DNA of 54,253 nt, the filler included, from Hydrolagus affinis (taxonomy: Eukaryota): the NCBI GenBank assembly GCA_012026655.1. It is 3 parts of 3 records of this genome, joined end to end, with 100 filler letters (N's around TTAATTAATTAA, not from the genome) between each part and the next. Parts side by side here need not be neighbours in the genome. Positions count along the whole stretch, not along the records: positions 1 to 16,999 come from JAAILG010016219.1; positions 17,100 to 42,476 come from JAAILG010009951.1; 1 more part is not named here. One strand, given 5' to 3'. Numbering within the stretch: position 1 is the stretch's first letter; each line of letters begins with the position of its first letter. This document shows positions 12,601 through 24,516 of this stretch, piece after piece. The notes beneath the pieces were generated by a model that had not been told where the DNA came from, ran no database searches, and saw only the letters and a list, made by a program, of their open reading frames with translations. Both the position numbers and the translations under genes were made by a program.

Positions 12601-14242
12601 AATGTAGGTGTACCTTGGTCTTCTTTTTTGTAAGAATTTTTTATGATGTTAAGTTGTTGTTGTTGCTGATAACATAGATAAATCGCAATATATACAGCAT
12701 CTCAAAATCTATCTGAACAAAAAGATTGGAAAATCGTTTAATAGATTTCTGCATTTTCTGAATATTGCTTTCCCTTAGAAAATAGACATTCAATAAATGA
12801 CCAAATACCACATCGACTTTCCTTGAACATTTTATTTATTGCAATTCAAAATGAGGACTCAAAGCTGTTATGTTTAATTATCATGTACAGTAATGTACAA
12901 GCAACTTCATTTGAGATTTTAGGTGAATGGTATGACAGATATCACATAAAAATAGACTAAAATGTTTATTGATTGCAGTTTCATAGCCTCCACCCTTACA
13001 AAACATCAATAGCTGTATTTTAAAAGAATAAAATATATCATTTATGGGACTTGGTGATTTTTGAACATTTTTAAACAGCTGAAAAATGCAAATTGTTTAG
13101 GATGTTCTAGTGAAATAAAGCAAAAGGAATAAAGTTTGGAGAGTAAAAGGCTTCTGGGTCCTTTTGTGCAGAAATTTCTGTGTCTACATAAATTTTTAAA
13201 AACCATCAACACAATTTTCCATAGGGGTCAGAAAAATCAAAAGATGATCTACAATTGATGTTCAACTGGACTCCATGATTTGTCCCAAAATATTATTTAT
13301 AAAACAATAAAGTGGTGGCTTTGGATAATATAGTTTTGTAATTGTCAGTTTATTGGTGCCAAATTGTCCAAGCTGATGTGTAATTTTTTTTAAGAAAGTC
13401 TCTGAAGAAAGTCTGGGAAACTACAACAGCAACAAGAAAGTTGTACAGTGCCTTTCACGTTGGGAGGACATCCCAAGAAGCTGTGATATATAACTGCTAA
13501 TATATAATGAGTGAAAACAAATAAGATGTGGCTAATATTCCAGTTATTTTCCCACTCCTAAATAGTATAAATCAAAATTGATCAAATATGTTTGATATAG
13601 TATATCAGTTCATAATATAGAATCTTCTGTTTCTTCCAGTCACTGCATTTCCACCAGCAAAATTCAATCGCCTGTGATAATTTTTCACTTCATCTGTAAC
13701 TGAACAAGATATTATTTATACTGATTGTTACGTTCCACGCAAACAAGTTAATATTTCAATCTGAAATATTTACAACGACACTGTAAACATAATACATTTT
13801 AGTTTAATTGTAAACAGCGACTAAAGATATTCAGACAACACCATTGACATTGATATCCTGCCGATCACTCTGGAAGGGCATCTGAAAGCGCTTGGCACTG
13901 TTGGTTGGCCACTGGAGCTGGAAGCCGAGCCATCACATATGACTGTCTGATTTTATTTGTCTCTATCTAATATGATATAAATTTATTCTCAAACTGTAAA
14001 TATTTAAAGATTATCTTCAAGAATGGATGTAGAGCTTATGAATAGGGACACTAATGCTAACATTTATTATGACAACCCAGTAACAGATATGGAAGTCATT
14101 ACACTAATAATGTATATTATTGACTGTTGTTCCAGACGCCTGGAGGTTTGGAGGAGATATCTTTATATCCACTGATTATTAGAGAATCCTCCAATACAAC
14201 AAATGTTAATTCCCACAATCTAAACAGTCTGGTCCCAGTTAC

Positions 14243-15457
14243 CAGCGGTTTCCTGTTCATTGATAATTTTATGGGCTACGCTATCAATATAAATAATTGT
14301 CAATGAAACCACAATATTATTTTGAAACAAAGAATGCTTCCTTACCTTTCAAGCTGTGAGATTTTAACATGGTCAACAATGAAGATGGTCAACACTATCA
14401 CTACCAAGAAACAAGATATAAACCGTAAAATCATCATATTCTCCGACATTCCACCATAACCTAGAAAACAAACATCGAAATTTAAAATGTTTACATGAAA
14501 ATTTGCTGGATATCTAGGCTGTATTGGGAAAATACATACTTTCTTAATTAATTTCTATTGGAAGCTACAATGAGATGGAAATGATCAACTGTGAATTTAT
14601 GTGATTGAAAACAACAGAGAATTATTGTGAACATCAATGCACAGAGAGTTTGTTAATGATGTTATAGAGACAGAGTTATATATTATATGATAGCAGTTCC
14701 CCAGAGACGGTGTGCTTAACTTCAAATGTGCCAGAGAGAATTACTGTTTTTAAGAGCAGCAATTGTTGCTGTAAAGGAGAAGAAGCGAAAGATTTGCTCC
14801 AACAAGGCGTCAGAAAATGAAATGGTTTGAGGAAGGAATCTTATTTGTGTTTTATTTGTGAACATGTAAAGTCGAATTACTGATTTGAAAACGAATTGCA
14901 GGTGGAGCGCTCAGGACTATTGCACTTTAGGCAGGTTAACAAATAACAAAACATACATATTGAAGATGAGAAATTTAATAACAAAACAAGAAGTTACTCA
15001 GATTTGAAATATTCTGCCTTTCAAAGACTGAATATTTATATATATATCTTATATATATATGGCATTTGCAGTGGTAAACATTCTGCGTATGACTGTAAAT
15101 TTGTTGCTTAAATAAATGCAGATACAATTTCCGGTAACAAAGTGTTTAACAATAAAAGAAAGTGAGATAACTAGGCATCCTACCATCCAATCCTGTGTTG
15201 AATTTAGAAACTGTGTAGCTCGGAACAGCGGGAAGCTGGTGTCTGATGGCAGACAGGAATAAACAGCTCCGTTTTGTACAGTCTGTGTCTCTTCTATTTA
15301 GTCCGAAACTTCGTAAAATCCGTTTGAATTTTTTACTTTATTGAAATCTGTCCCCGATTTAACTGCCATCGTTATTCCCAATGAGGCCGACATCTCTCAA
15401 TATCAGTTTAGGGCACTAAACCTTTGGAGATAGACCAGACTGGGGGTAGGTTTGGGG
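14243..15457 (-). pseudogene. Paralogous C1-TM-cytoplasmic pseudogene with Arg in the TM
   Basis: Decayed C1 exon 15184-15457 (KVKNSNGFYEVSD*IEETQTVQNGAVYSC, with stops, shorter than 321 nt); open TM exon 14346-14460 (GYGGMSENMMILRFISCFLVVIVLTIFIVDHVKISQLE); 38-nt exon 14243-14280 (SVAHKIINEQETA). Confidence 0.7.
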
Positions 15458-16999
15458 CTAAAACAGTGCAGGATCCGTCCTTTTACAAGGTGAATGAAAC
15501 ATTCTTAAATTGTGCCTCTCAGAAGCCGTGTGGAATCTTTCTCTTCTCATGGAATATTGTGGAATTCCCTCAAATAAATAGCCTTTGATGCACATCCAAG
15601 TGGGATATTTGAAATGGAGATGGATAATAGGTTATGGGAATATGAAAAGTGGCGGAGAAATTGATTGAACTTCTGCCATCATTCTGGAGCAACAATCAGC
15701 TGCATTTATAAGTGTTTCCAGTCGGAGAGTGTCCCGAAGAAAACAGTGGAGATTACACTAAAATTAGACGGATGGAGTGATTTCTATATTGTTATTCTAA
15801 TAAAATATTTTGAAGGTCTTAATAATCCCTGTAATGTGAATTTGACTAACAACTGCGTTCCTACTTATTGCAAGAGATTCTGATTAATAATCATCCTAAC
15901 AGCAGCCAAATTTTCCACACAAAATGTACAGTACCATAAATAGTCATGAAGTGAATAACCAACTTTACCCGGGGGTTTCATTAGCCAGAACAAAGGAGGA
16001 AGAATCTTACTTCACTTTTCGAATAGTACCGCGACATCATTAATGTACACCTGAACATGCCATAAGGACCTCAGTTTAATGTCCCATCCAAATAGCGGGA
16101 AGCCACAGACTGCTCCCCTAGCATTACACTGGATTGTCAGTGACTTGGGACAATCTCGATACATGTGTTCAGAATAGATTAGTATATTACTAGACAGGGT
16201 AAACATTCTCGGTACGGAGGGATATAAATAGTTGAAAGCAATGTTAACTTTAGACATTCATGAAAATTCTTTTAATTTAAGTATTAAGCAAAATAACCAG
16301 TGTGAATATTACGTCTAGTCTCAATCTGTGAATATTATTGTGATCAGAATTAACAACAAAACAAAATTACACCTGCCGTCAGGAGGACGTACCAAGGCAC
16401 TGGACCCGAAATTAAAATTACAATGAACTCAGAACGTAAAACAGCTTGATAATATGTCATTTAAGGCAGATGTAGCTGATGATATGTGTTTGAGTTTATT
16501 TTTTAATCATTGCTCTTGACTTTATTACTCAGGCGAGGGTGACACACAGAATACGACAATGGACCATTGCTTTTCAGAGGAACCCTCACAAAATACAATC
16601 CATAAATTGTAGAGTAAGATGGCTTTACCTATTGACATCTGATCACAGTGATGAAACACGCTGATTTGTTTTTAGTAAAAGGGGGGAAATATGATGGAAT
16701 GAGAAGACATTTGATGCTGAAGTGTCCTGAGGCGTCCCGAGGTTTTAAAAATTATGCGGGTTTAGGATTCCACCACTTATCGGTTAGGTTTAACAAAATA
16801 TTTGATGATTCGCTTAAAATGTATCACCTTCAATTCAAATTGGATACTGTAGTTTATCACCATCGTGTACCACGCCCTTCTCACTAATCTCAACACATTT
16901 GTCTCCCATCAACTCTGGCATCGCTTCCTATCCTTCCTATATGCAGGTCTCCTGGGAGAGCAAGTCACATTCCATCCCTCAAGTCATCGGCAGGAGCTG

Positions 17000-17099
17000 N
17001 NNNNNNNNNNNNNNNNNNNNNNNNNNNNNNNNNNNNNNNNNNNTTAATTAATTAANNNNNNNNNNNNNNNNNNNNNNNNNNNNNNNNNNNNNNNNNNNN
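17000..17099. other. Artificial scaffold linker
   Basis: 44 N + TTAATTAATTAA + 44 N; palindromic, with stops in all six frames. Confidence 0.9.
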
Positions 17100-18000
17100 A
17101 ATATAAAGTAAATTTTTCAACAATTTTCTCCTTTCAAACCCACCCCCACCCTTCTCAAAAATACATTTCTGCCAGGCAAACTGTAATTCATAACTACGGA
17201 AGTAAATTAAGACAAAATAGTTTCCTTTCAATTAACTGTGCCGTAGCCTCCAGTAAGTAAGTATAATTCTATTTAATGAAAAAATTAAATTACTCTCTCC
17301 ACTTCATTGCCTTATAGTTGGTGCTCATTAAACGCTGGAATGAATTTATTTAATCCCCCCAAAAAGCCTTATTTGCCTGATTTTTTTTAATATAACAAAG
17401 GGACATTGGACTAATTGAATGTTCACTCGATTGATGTCAGGTTGATAGTCAAGCGGTTTAATGCAAAGGTATTGATATGAAATGCAGTCAACACCACCAA
17501 CATTAATAATCCCTGTTCCACAGTTTTGTTTCCTGCAGAAGTGTCATTTATCAAGCGACGTGAGGTTTCCGAGTGGGATTGAGGAACGTAAGAACCCGAA
17601 ACAACAAAAGTTCAGAAGCGTTGGGGGAACTCGGTAAGGAACGTCTTCACGCAGAGGATGGTGAGAGAGTGTGGCGCTCGTTTCCATAAGTGGGAGTTTC
17701 AAGTAGAACGCATTCAAAGTGTTCAAGAGGACATTTGACACGTCAATGTAACAACAATGACAACCCTCGCATTTGATCCCAAGCGCCTTATCACGTCTAC
17801 GGGACGGCCTCAAAGGCACTTCGCAGAATGCGAATTTGCAAAGCGAATTGACTGTACTGTATATTTTGCCAGGGAAATGAGGAAGACAAAGGGAAAAGAC
17901 AGTAGAGGGGTGTAGGAGAGGGGTGGGTGGGAGGCTTGTGTGCAGTATAAATGCCAGATTGGCTCATTTCCATGCCACTTAACGTTCTGTGTAGTTTCAG

Positions 18001-19174
18001 ATAATTCAAGGCAAGGCGACGGGAGCAATGGCGGCCAGCCTATCCACACCCCACGGAAAACCCGCGCCACTCTAGGTGAGTCTGTTTCTAATCTCATGTT
18101 TTGTTTCCAAACTTTTTCTTTCTTTCTTCCTTCCTTCCCCCGATTGGATATTTTCTCAATCTGTGGCAAAATGGTTTGGGTTTCTCCCTGGAGTTTGGTG
18201 GCTTCAAAATGCCCACACTTTTCACTTTTCCGCGACTTGGATGCGGAGAAAACAAAATAAACACAAAAATAATCCTTCCAATTGACGCAAAGCCTGATCC
18301 CGTTACAGAAATGTTTCAAAGTGCTTTCAAAATGTTTCACAGAACTTCAGTTTGATTGGTATTGACCATGAAGGCAAAATAGTTTATACAGAGTAACGTC
18401 CCACAAACAACCACAGAGTGAACTTCTTTTCAACGCGTGTGTGTGTGTGTATATGTATATAATATATATATTAAATATTTAAATAAAAGAAATACGGATG
18501 TCCCTCCCGTCTCCCTTTTAATTAAAAGAAGGGGAAATCCAGGATTGTGGAATACTGGGTGTTCGGGGAAAGAGAAACACAGTCACTTCCCGTTCCATCA
18601 GCAGAGTTTGAACTTTTCAAAGTGAGTAATCTATTAGCCACGGATTTATAGGCATTTATTAGGAACACGTGCTGAAGATTAATTTCCACTGAAGTATTAA
18701 GGTATTATGCGGTAATGAAAGACATGGGAAGCCTTCGCAATGTGGACGGACTATACTGTATCCAACAACTAATATAATTATGTAAGTCCTACGCTTTGGA
18801 ATTTAAATTGAACAATGTGCATTCTCATTTCGTTTTTAAACAGAACAAACTAAAACTGATCATTTATTTGTTGCACGGGATGATGTCGCGCGCACGAGAA
18901 AAACAGCTCCACCGTCCCGTCGGGCAGTTTGCTCGCTCTTTCCTGCTCCGCAAATCACCGACCACGAGAGGGGCAAAAATCCTCTCCTTCAGGTTCGACT
19001 CGGGGGAATCCTGAATGCCCGAGTGAGGAATTCTGTTCCGATTCCCGATCGGATCGCTGGCTGGCTCGCAGGGGCCTTCCGCTTCGGGACCGTCCGCAAA
19101 GCCGGTCTCGGGAAACAGTCGCTGAATTCAGCCTCGAAGCCGGAGGGAGTTTCTACTCGATCGTTAAAACCTGA
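18001..19174 (+). CDS. Orphan 3' exons of an unidentified gene, ending in an ITIM
   Basis: Exon 18001-18075 (tttcag / gtgagt, phase 1-1) joins exon 18993-19174 (ccttcag, phase 1) in frame: DNSRQGDGSNGGQPIHTPRKTRATLGSTRG...AGGSFYSIVKT*. Possible 21-nt exon at 17539-17559. Confidence 0.5.
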
Positions 19175-19982
19175 AACACAATAGTCCAAAGGCGAAGACT
19201 CGGAGATTCTGATTGCGAGAGAGGGAGGAGGGAATGGTGGTTGTGGGGAGAGTGGGGGTGGGGGGGTGCGGTGGTCACTAAATCGTGAGAACCCTACAGA
19301 TTTTACCTCTTCCCTAAAGTTTGTCTCTCGCTGTGTGGCTATTTGTGGAGACGTTGCTGCGTGCAAATTAGTTATTAGCCATTACGATCACCTACAGATA
19401 CACAGTCACTGCACTTTACAGTAAATCCCGCGAAGCACTTTGAGCCATGTTTCTGGACATGAAAGGGGCTATATCAAATTGCAAGGATCATTAGTATTAT
19501 CCCAGAGTATGGGGGGGAGGAGGGTTGGGGGGGAGGCGGGGAGGGAGGGCTGTGCTAAGCCCAAATTTAAAGCATTTATTTCTGTATACGAAAGCCACGT
19601 CTAAGCAAAGTTCTCACAGAAATTTCATGGGAGTGAAATTATCTTCAAATAAGTCCATGGCTGTGCGATTGAGTCTGGGTGCCAATTACCGAGCGTGAAA
19701 AAAATAAATAGTACAAATTTACCCCGAAAACCACGGAAAACCGATTAACATTAAGAGAAATTACCACTAACTGCGGTAATAGCTGCCTTTCCCTCAGTAT
19801 TTTTACGCTGCTATGTTGTTTGCATCTAAACTGGTGTCAGGTCTACCCACCCCCACCCACCCACCCCAACATCTTGTCCAGGAATAAGGACTTGTGCTTA
19901 ACTCATTACCAATCTCAGTGTAGCATTGCCCTCTGCTGGACACTTTCAATCACCGATACAAGCGCAGCCTTGCAGGAATAAG

Positions 19983-20700
19983 AATAATAATCCTTGCCTT
20001 TGATAATGCAGTGCTCTAGCGCTTTTCATGCATTCCAGACCTCTCAAAGCTCTTCACAGAAAATACTCTAAACTGAATTGGCTGTATATTTTGTGGGCGA
20101 AACGCGACAGTCCAATTGCGCACAGCAGCGTCCCCCACAAACAGTCGTGGATTGAATCGACCTATCTTTTTTTTTAGGGATTTTTATCAGGCGTGTGAAG
20201 TAAGGAAACTTTTGCCCAAGGTTTCACCCTGTCTGGAATTGAACCCAGTTTTCTTGCCTGTAAGGCAAATACTCTAACCACACAATGACAACAACAACAA
20301 CAACGAGTGCATTTTTGTAGCGCCCTTCAGGCCTGGCAGCTTCGCAGAGCGGCTTGTGATGGGCAGGTCGCCTGCCCAGGTTATCACATTGAAATCCAGA
20401 TCAAGCAGCTAACTAACTCATTACTACATATTAGTATATTAGTGGAGTCCTGTAGCTCAGTGGCTATGGCACTCATCACACAAGTGAAACACCTGGATTG
20501 GATTCCTGGACAAGGCGAAGAAATTTTGGGCAAGTTTCCTTACTCCAACACGCCTGATAATAATCCCTGAATCTATATATTTTAAAAAAAAATTGGTTGT
20601 TTCAATCCACGACTGTTTGTGGCGGACCCTGCTGTGCACAATTAGCTGCAGTGTTTCACCCACAAAATATACAGTCAATTCGCTTTACAGTTTCTTCTGC
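19983..20700. mobile_element. Two divergently oriented SINEs (about 19983-20282 minus, 20441-20700 plus)
   Basis: Family consensus on both strands. Confidence 0.75.
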
Positions 20701-21492
20701 TCTATATCAAATGCATGGATTGGAGGACTCTTTAACAAATGTGGATATACTTTGGGACTGGCCTAATAGCCTTTTCTGTGTTCCTGAGACTTTAAAGGAG
20801 GATACAAAATACTTTGTGAGCGACTGGGAGTAGGGAGGGGGTGGTGGTGGGTAAGGGCACTCTTACTCAGTCTCTCCTTTTCAGCTCAGCTCTCTATTCC
20901 ATGCTTAACATGAGCAACCAAGCCGATCTGAATTAATTGCATGCATACTAATGAATCCGGCCTTGAAATTCCTTGTAAGAAAAAATGATTAAGCTGCTAA
21001 TTAAAGCTGTTTAGAACTTGTTTCTCTGTTTCTAAGCCATCAGCAAACCCTGATAATTAACATGTAAATTACCCCAGAGGTGATGGGGTAGGCGGTGGGG
21101 GGGGAAAGAGAGAGCAAAGAAGGCACAAGGGACAGATACACACCCTGCTCTCTCTCTCTCTCTCTCTCGAGTCCGTATGGTAGCTTAATTATTGCCTGAA
21201 TACCGAAACATCACAATTATGAATAGTGGCGTTTGTTTTAGCGGCAATGAGGTAATTACCCAAATGGCACTTGGAGAGAATTTTCAGGACATTTGTCTTC
21301 GCTGCCTCTGGCAACGAGGTTGAGAATGATGAAGCTGCTTGATAAGCAAACATATTTAGCAAAATGATGTTTAAACGTGACACGACTATTAATTAGCCCG
21401 TGTTTATATACACTGTACTGTATATATTACATATGCATATGTATATTTATTCAGACAGTTTGTTTATTTCCTTATGCTCATTCAGACATGAG

Positions 21493-21824
21493 AATAATAA
21501 TAATAATAATCCTTGCGTTTGGTATAGCGCTTTTCATGTCTTCTAGACTGTGTCGCAAAGCGCTTCACGGAATATACTGTAAAGTGAATTGACTGTATAG
21601 TTGTGGGCGAAACGTGGCAGCCAATTGAGCACAGCGGCGTCCCCCACAAACTGTCGTGGATTGAAATGACCAATTTTATTATTGTGTGTTTTTTGGGGGG
21701 GAGGGATTATTATTAGGCGTGTGTGTGTGTGTATGTGGAGAAAGGATACTTGCACTAAGGTTTAGTCCTGACCTGCCTGAATTCAAAACACAGGTCTCTA
21801 ACCACTGAGCTACAGGAGCTCCAC
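21493..21824 (-). mobile_element. tRNA-headed SINE
   Basis: Family consensus; ends 15 bp before the candidate leader exon acceptor. Confidence 0.8.
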
Positions 21825-21846
21825 ACATCCTGGTTACAGCCCTGAA

Positions 21847-21903
21847 ATGGCCCTTGTTCCGTTGCTTTGGAGGAGTATCTTTCTGGGTTTATATCTCACC
21901 TCG
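21847..21903 (+). CDS. Candidate signal-peptide exon
   Basis: Acceptor ttacag at 21839, MALVPLLWRSIFLGLYLTS, strong donor gtaaga, phase 0. Confidence 0.45.
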
Positions 21904-23121
21904 GTAAGATATAGGCCTTCCTTCTCATGGAACTGGCTAGTGTGTAGCTGCCTGTAGCTGGCTATGGTTCCATGCCATTTGTGATACTCTAATGTACTGT
22001 GAGATCACAGTGTAGGAAGGCTAATTCTCAGTGATGGGACAATCTTAAGTCAGTGATCTCACAGAGACTGCGGTTCAATGTGGTAAAACAAGGCACTGAT
22101 TGGAGCGTCCCCAACAATGTGACCGTCACAAGAACTTGGGATCCTCTGGATCTCTCCCGTCAGTTGAGAGATCTTTGGCGGGAAACAGCATCTCCGAGAG
22201 GGACTTGTCGAGCTGGAATAAGCTGTCAACGCAATGTGCAGACCCAACCAATGCTTGGCAAGGATATTCAATTGGCTGCCGCGTTTCGCCCACAAAATAG
22301 ACAGTCAATTCTCTTTACAGTATATTCCGGTGAAGCGCTTTGAGACACAGTCTGGAAGACGTGAAAAGCGCTTTATCAAATGCAAGTATTATTATTGTTA
22401 TTCTTTGACTATTCGCGGCTGATAAGGTTAAGGATACAGAATAACAAAGTGCAGTAGACAACAGGGTGGAAAGTGCGACAATTCTGTCACGGATCCAATC
22501 TATTTATCGCATGAAATCCGTGGGGAGACGTCGCATTTTTCAACTCTAAACTGCAGTTCACACACAGTCATCTGAAAGGGCTTGGGAGAAGACTTAATAG
22601 TACACATCATTCACCCTCTTAAAGGGGCAATGGCTGACATTTCACCCACTGTATATTGTATATTCGCCCACAAATTCACAGTTAACTCACTTTACAGTAT
22701 ATTCTGTGAAGCGCTTTGGGACGTCGGTAAGATGTGAAAAGCCACTATATCAAATGCTAGAATTATTATTATTATCCAAGCAAATAAAAGTTGCGTTGCC
22801 CGAAAATCGGGGCAAAAATAACAATTATTATTTCCTGTGATGGTTTGACCCAATAATGATCCTTGCACGTCTTCTAGACTGTGTCTCAAAGCGCTTCACA
22901 GAATATACTGTAAAGCGAATTGACTGTATGTTTGTGGGCGAAACGTGGCAGCCAATTGCGCACAGCTGCGTCCCCCACAAACAATGCTGTGCAAACCTCT
23001 CGTGCCAAAAACAACACAGTAACTTTGGACCCAAACCCAACTATGCTTATTTTCAGGCCAACAGCACAAGCCGAGGAATAGTAAATTACTGGAGGTGGAA
23101 AGCAATCAGTGAAAGGTTAGA

Positions 23122-24516
23122 ATGAAACCACCAAAGTTTCCCTATCTGGGTTTTTTCTGCCTGTTCACCCGCCTAGAAAGCGTCACATTGGGGAAAACAG
23201 CCTGGAGAGCTGGTGAAGTAGCGGATACATCCGTGGGAATCCTGGCGGGGAGCAGGTTTAAGGCGGCTTGTGATTTCGGCCGGGTTAAGTCGCCTTGGGG
23301 AGTCTTTGAAATCGAATGGGAGCGTTCCTCTGGCGGAGAGGGGATGGAAAGGATCCTTCACCACTCCGTCACTCCCAACCAGGAGACAGTCCAATACCTG
23401 AGTGATTGGATCAAAGCCAGATTGCACGGTAGCTCCCTCAACTCCACCGTGTCCGTCTTGACCATTGACTCAATGGTCATCGAGGACACGGGCAAATACG
23501 TTTGCTACGTCAATGGAGTCAAACAGCGCGCGTTCAATGTCTTTGTCTGCGTCCCCTTCAGCAAGATGGTCATGGGTTTCGATCCAGAGAAGCCGGTGGA
23601 AGAGTCTCACATCCATATAACGTGTCGGGCAGGCATTGGGTTTCCCGAGCCCCTGGTCCAATGGTTCTCCGATGGGAATGACATCACCCACAAGGCCAAC
23701 ACTACCTTGGTGCGATCAATCGACCACAAGATCCTGGTGAGGACTTCCATAACGGTCAAAGCCAAGAGAGGGGTGAGGTACATGTGTAGCGTTTGGAACC
23801 AGTACATCGAAAACCTCCTGGTGGACTGGGTGGTCCCTGTGCCCGGCGTCACCGTGCGGACCCCAATCACGGATGTACTGGGGGTACGCGGGAAAAGCAT
23901 GCTGCTCATCTGCGACATCGACATCCCTGTCAACGATCCGGTCACCATCGCGGAGCTGGGCTTCTACTGGGTCATCAGGGACGTGGATTTGACCGAGCGC
24001 TTGGTCTACTCCTTCGTGAACGAGAGGCAAGACTTGGAAGAACAGGACCCGGCGTTCGCCGGCAGGGCCTCGCTTTCGTGGGAGAACTTCCTTCGCGGAT
24101 CGGTCGACCTGAGGCTGGCGAACGTGTCGATCGACGACATGGGCGACTACATCTGCCGGGTCAAGAAGGACAACGAGGTGATGGGCGAGGCCTTTCTGGA
24201 GCTTCGAGTGGCTTCGCCCTACAGCAAACCGACCATCGAATATTCTACTTACCCGGAAGTCCAGGAGCACAGTAGTGTGTCGCTCACTTGCTTGACCGAA
24301 GGCGGGTTTCCTCTGGGGAGTGTCCATTGGCGGACGAACAGTGACGAGGATCTCACCTCTCGCTCCAGGACGTCGGTCAAGCTGACGAACGGCCATTTCG
24401 ACATGTCCAGTGAGCTGACTGTTTCAGTGTCTCAAGGAGCTCGCTTCACTTGCTCCGTAGAGAACCCTTGGCTGGAGGCACGGCCTAGTTCCACTCTAGT
24501 CTTTGTTGACCAGTAA
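23122..24516 (+). CDS. B7-family (CD276/B7-H3- or VTCN1-like) protein with four Ig domains V-C-V-C in one ORF, no TM
   Basis: 464-aa ORF. V1: AAC..IEW..DTGKYVC. C1: ITCRAGIGFPEPLVQW..YMCSV. V2: QDPAFAGRASL..GSVDLRLANVSIDDMGDYIC. C2: SPYSKPTI..LTCLTEGGFPLGSVHW..FTCSVENP. The V2-C2 motifs are typical of B7-H3/B7-H4. Confidence 0.85.
   Translation: MKPPKFPYLGFFCLFTRLESVTLGKTAWRAGEVADTSVGILAGSRFKAACDFGRVKSPWGVFEIEWERSSGGEGMERILHHSVTPNQETVQYLSDWIKARLHGSSLNSTVSVLTIDSMVIEDTGKYVCYVNGVKQRAFNVFVCVPFSKMVMGFDPEKPVEESHIHITCRAGIGFPEPLVQWFSDGNDITHKANTTLVRSIDHKILVRTSITVKAKRGVRYMCSVWNQYIENLLVDWVVPVPGVTVRTPITDVLGVRGKSMLLICDIDIPVNDPVTIAELGFYWVIRDVDLTERLVYSFVNERQDLEEQDPAFAGRASLSWENFLRGSVDLRLANVSIDDMGDYICRVKKDNEVMGEAFLELRVASPYSKPTIEYSTYPEVQEHSSVSLTCLTEGGFPLGSVHWRTNSDEDLTSRSRTSVKLTNGHFDMSSELTVSVSQGARFTCSVENPWLEARPSSTLVFVDQ

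Noticed and set aside
16012-16257. V or TM exon of another receptor copy
   Set aside because: A donor is present, but motif spacing does not fit an Ig fold and the phase-1 frames contain stops.
18864-19127. Minus-strand open frame (RLFPETG..DIIPCNK)
   Set aside because: No good acceptor or start; explained as the antisense shadow of a GC-rich plus-strand exon.
20441-20520. tRNA genes (many A/B-box heads)
   Set aside because: Each continues into the SINE body and lacks a complete cloverleaf.
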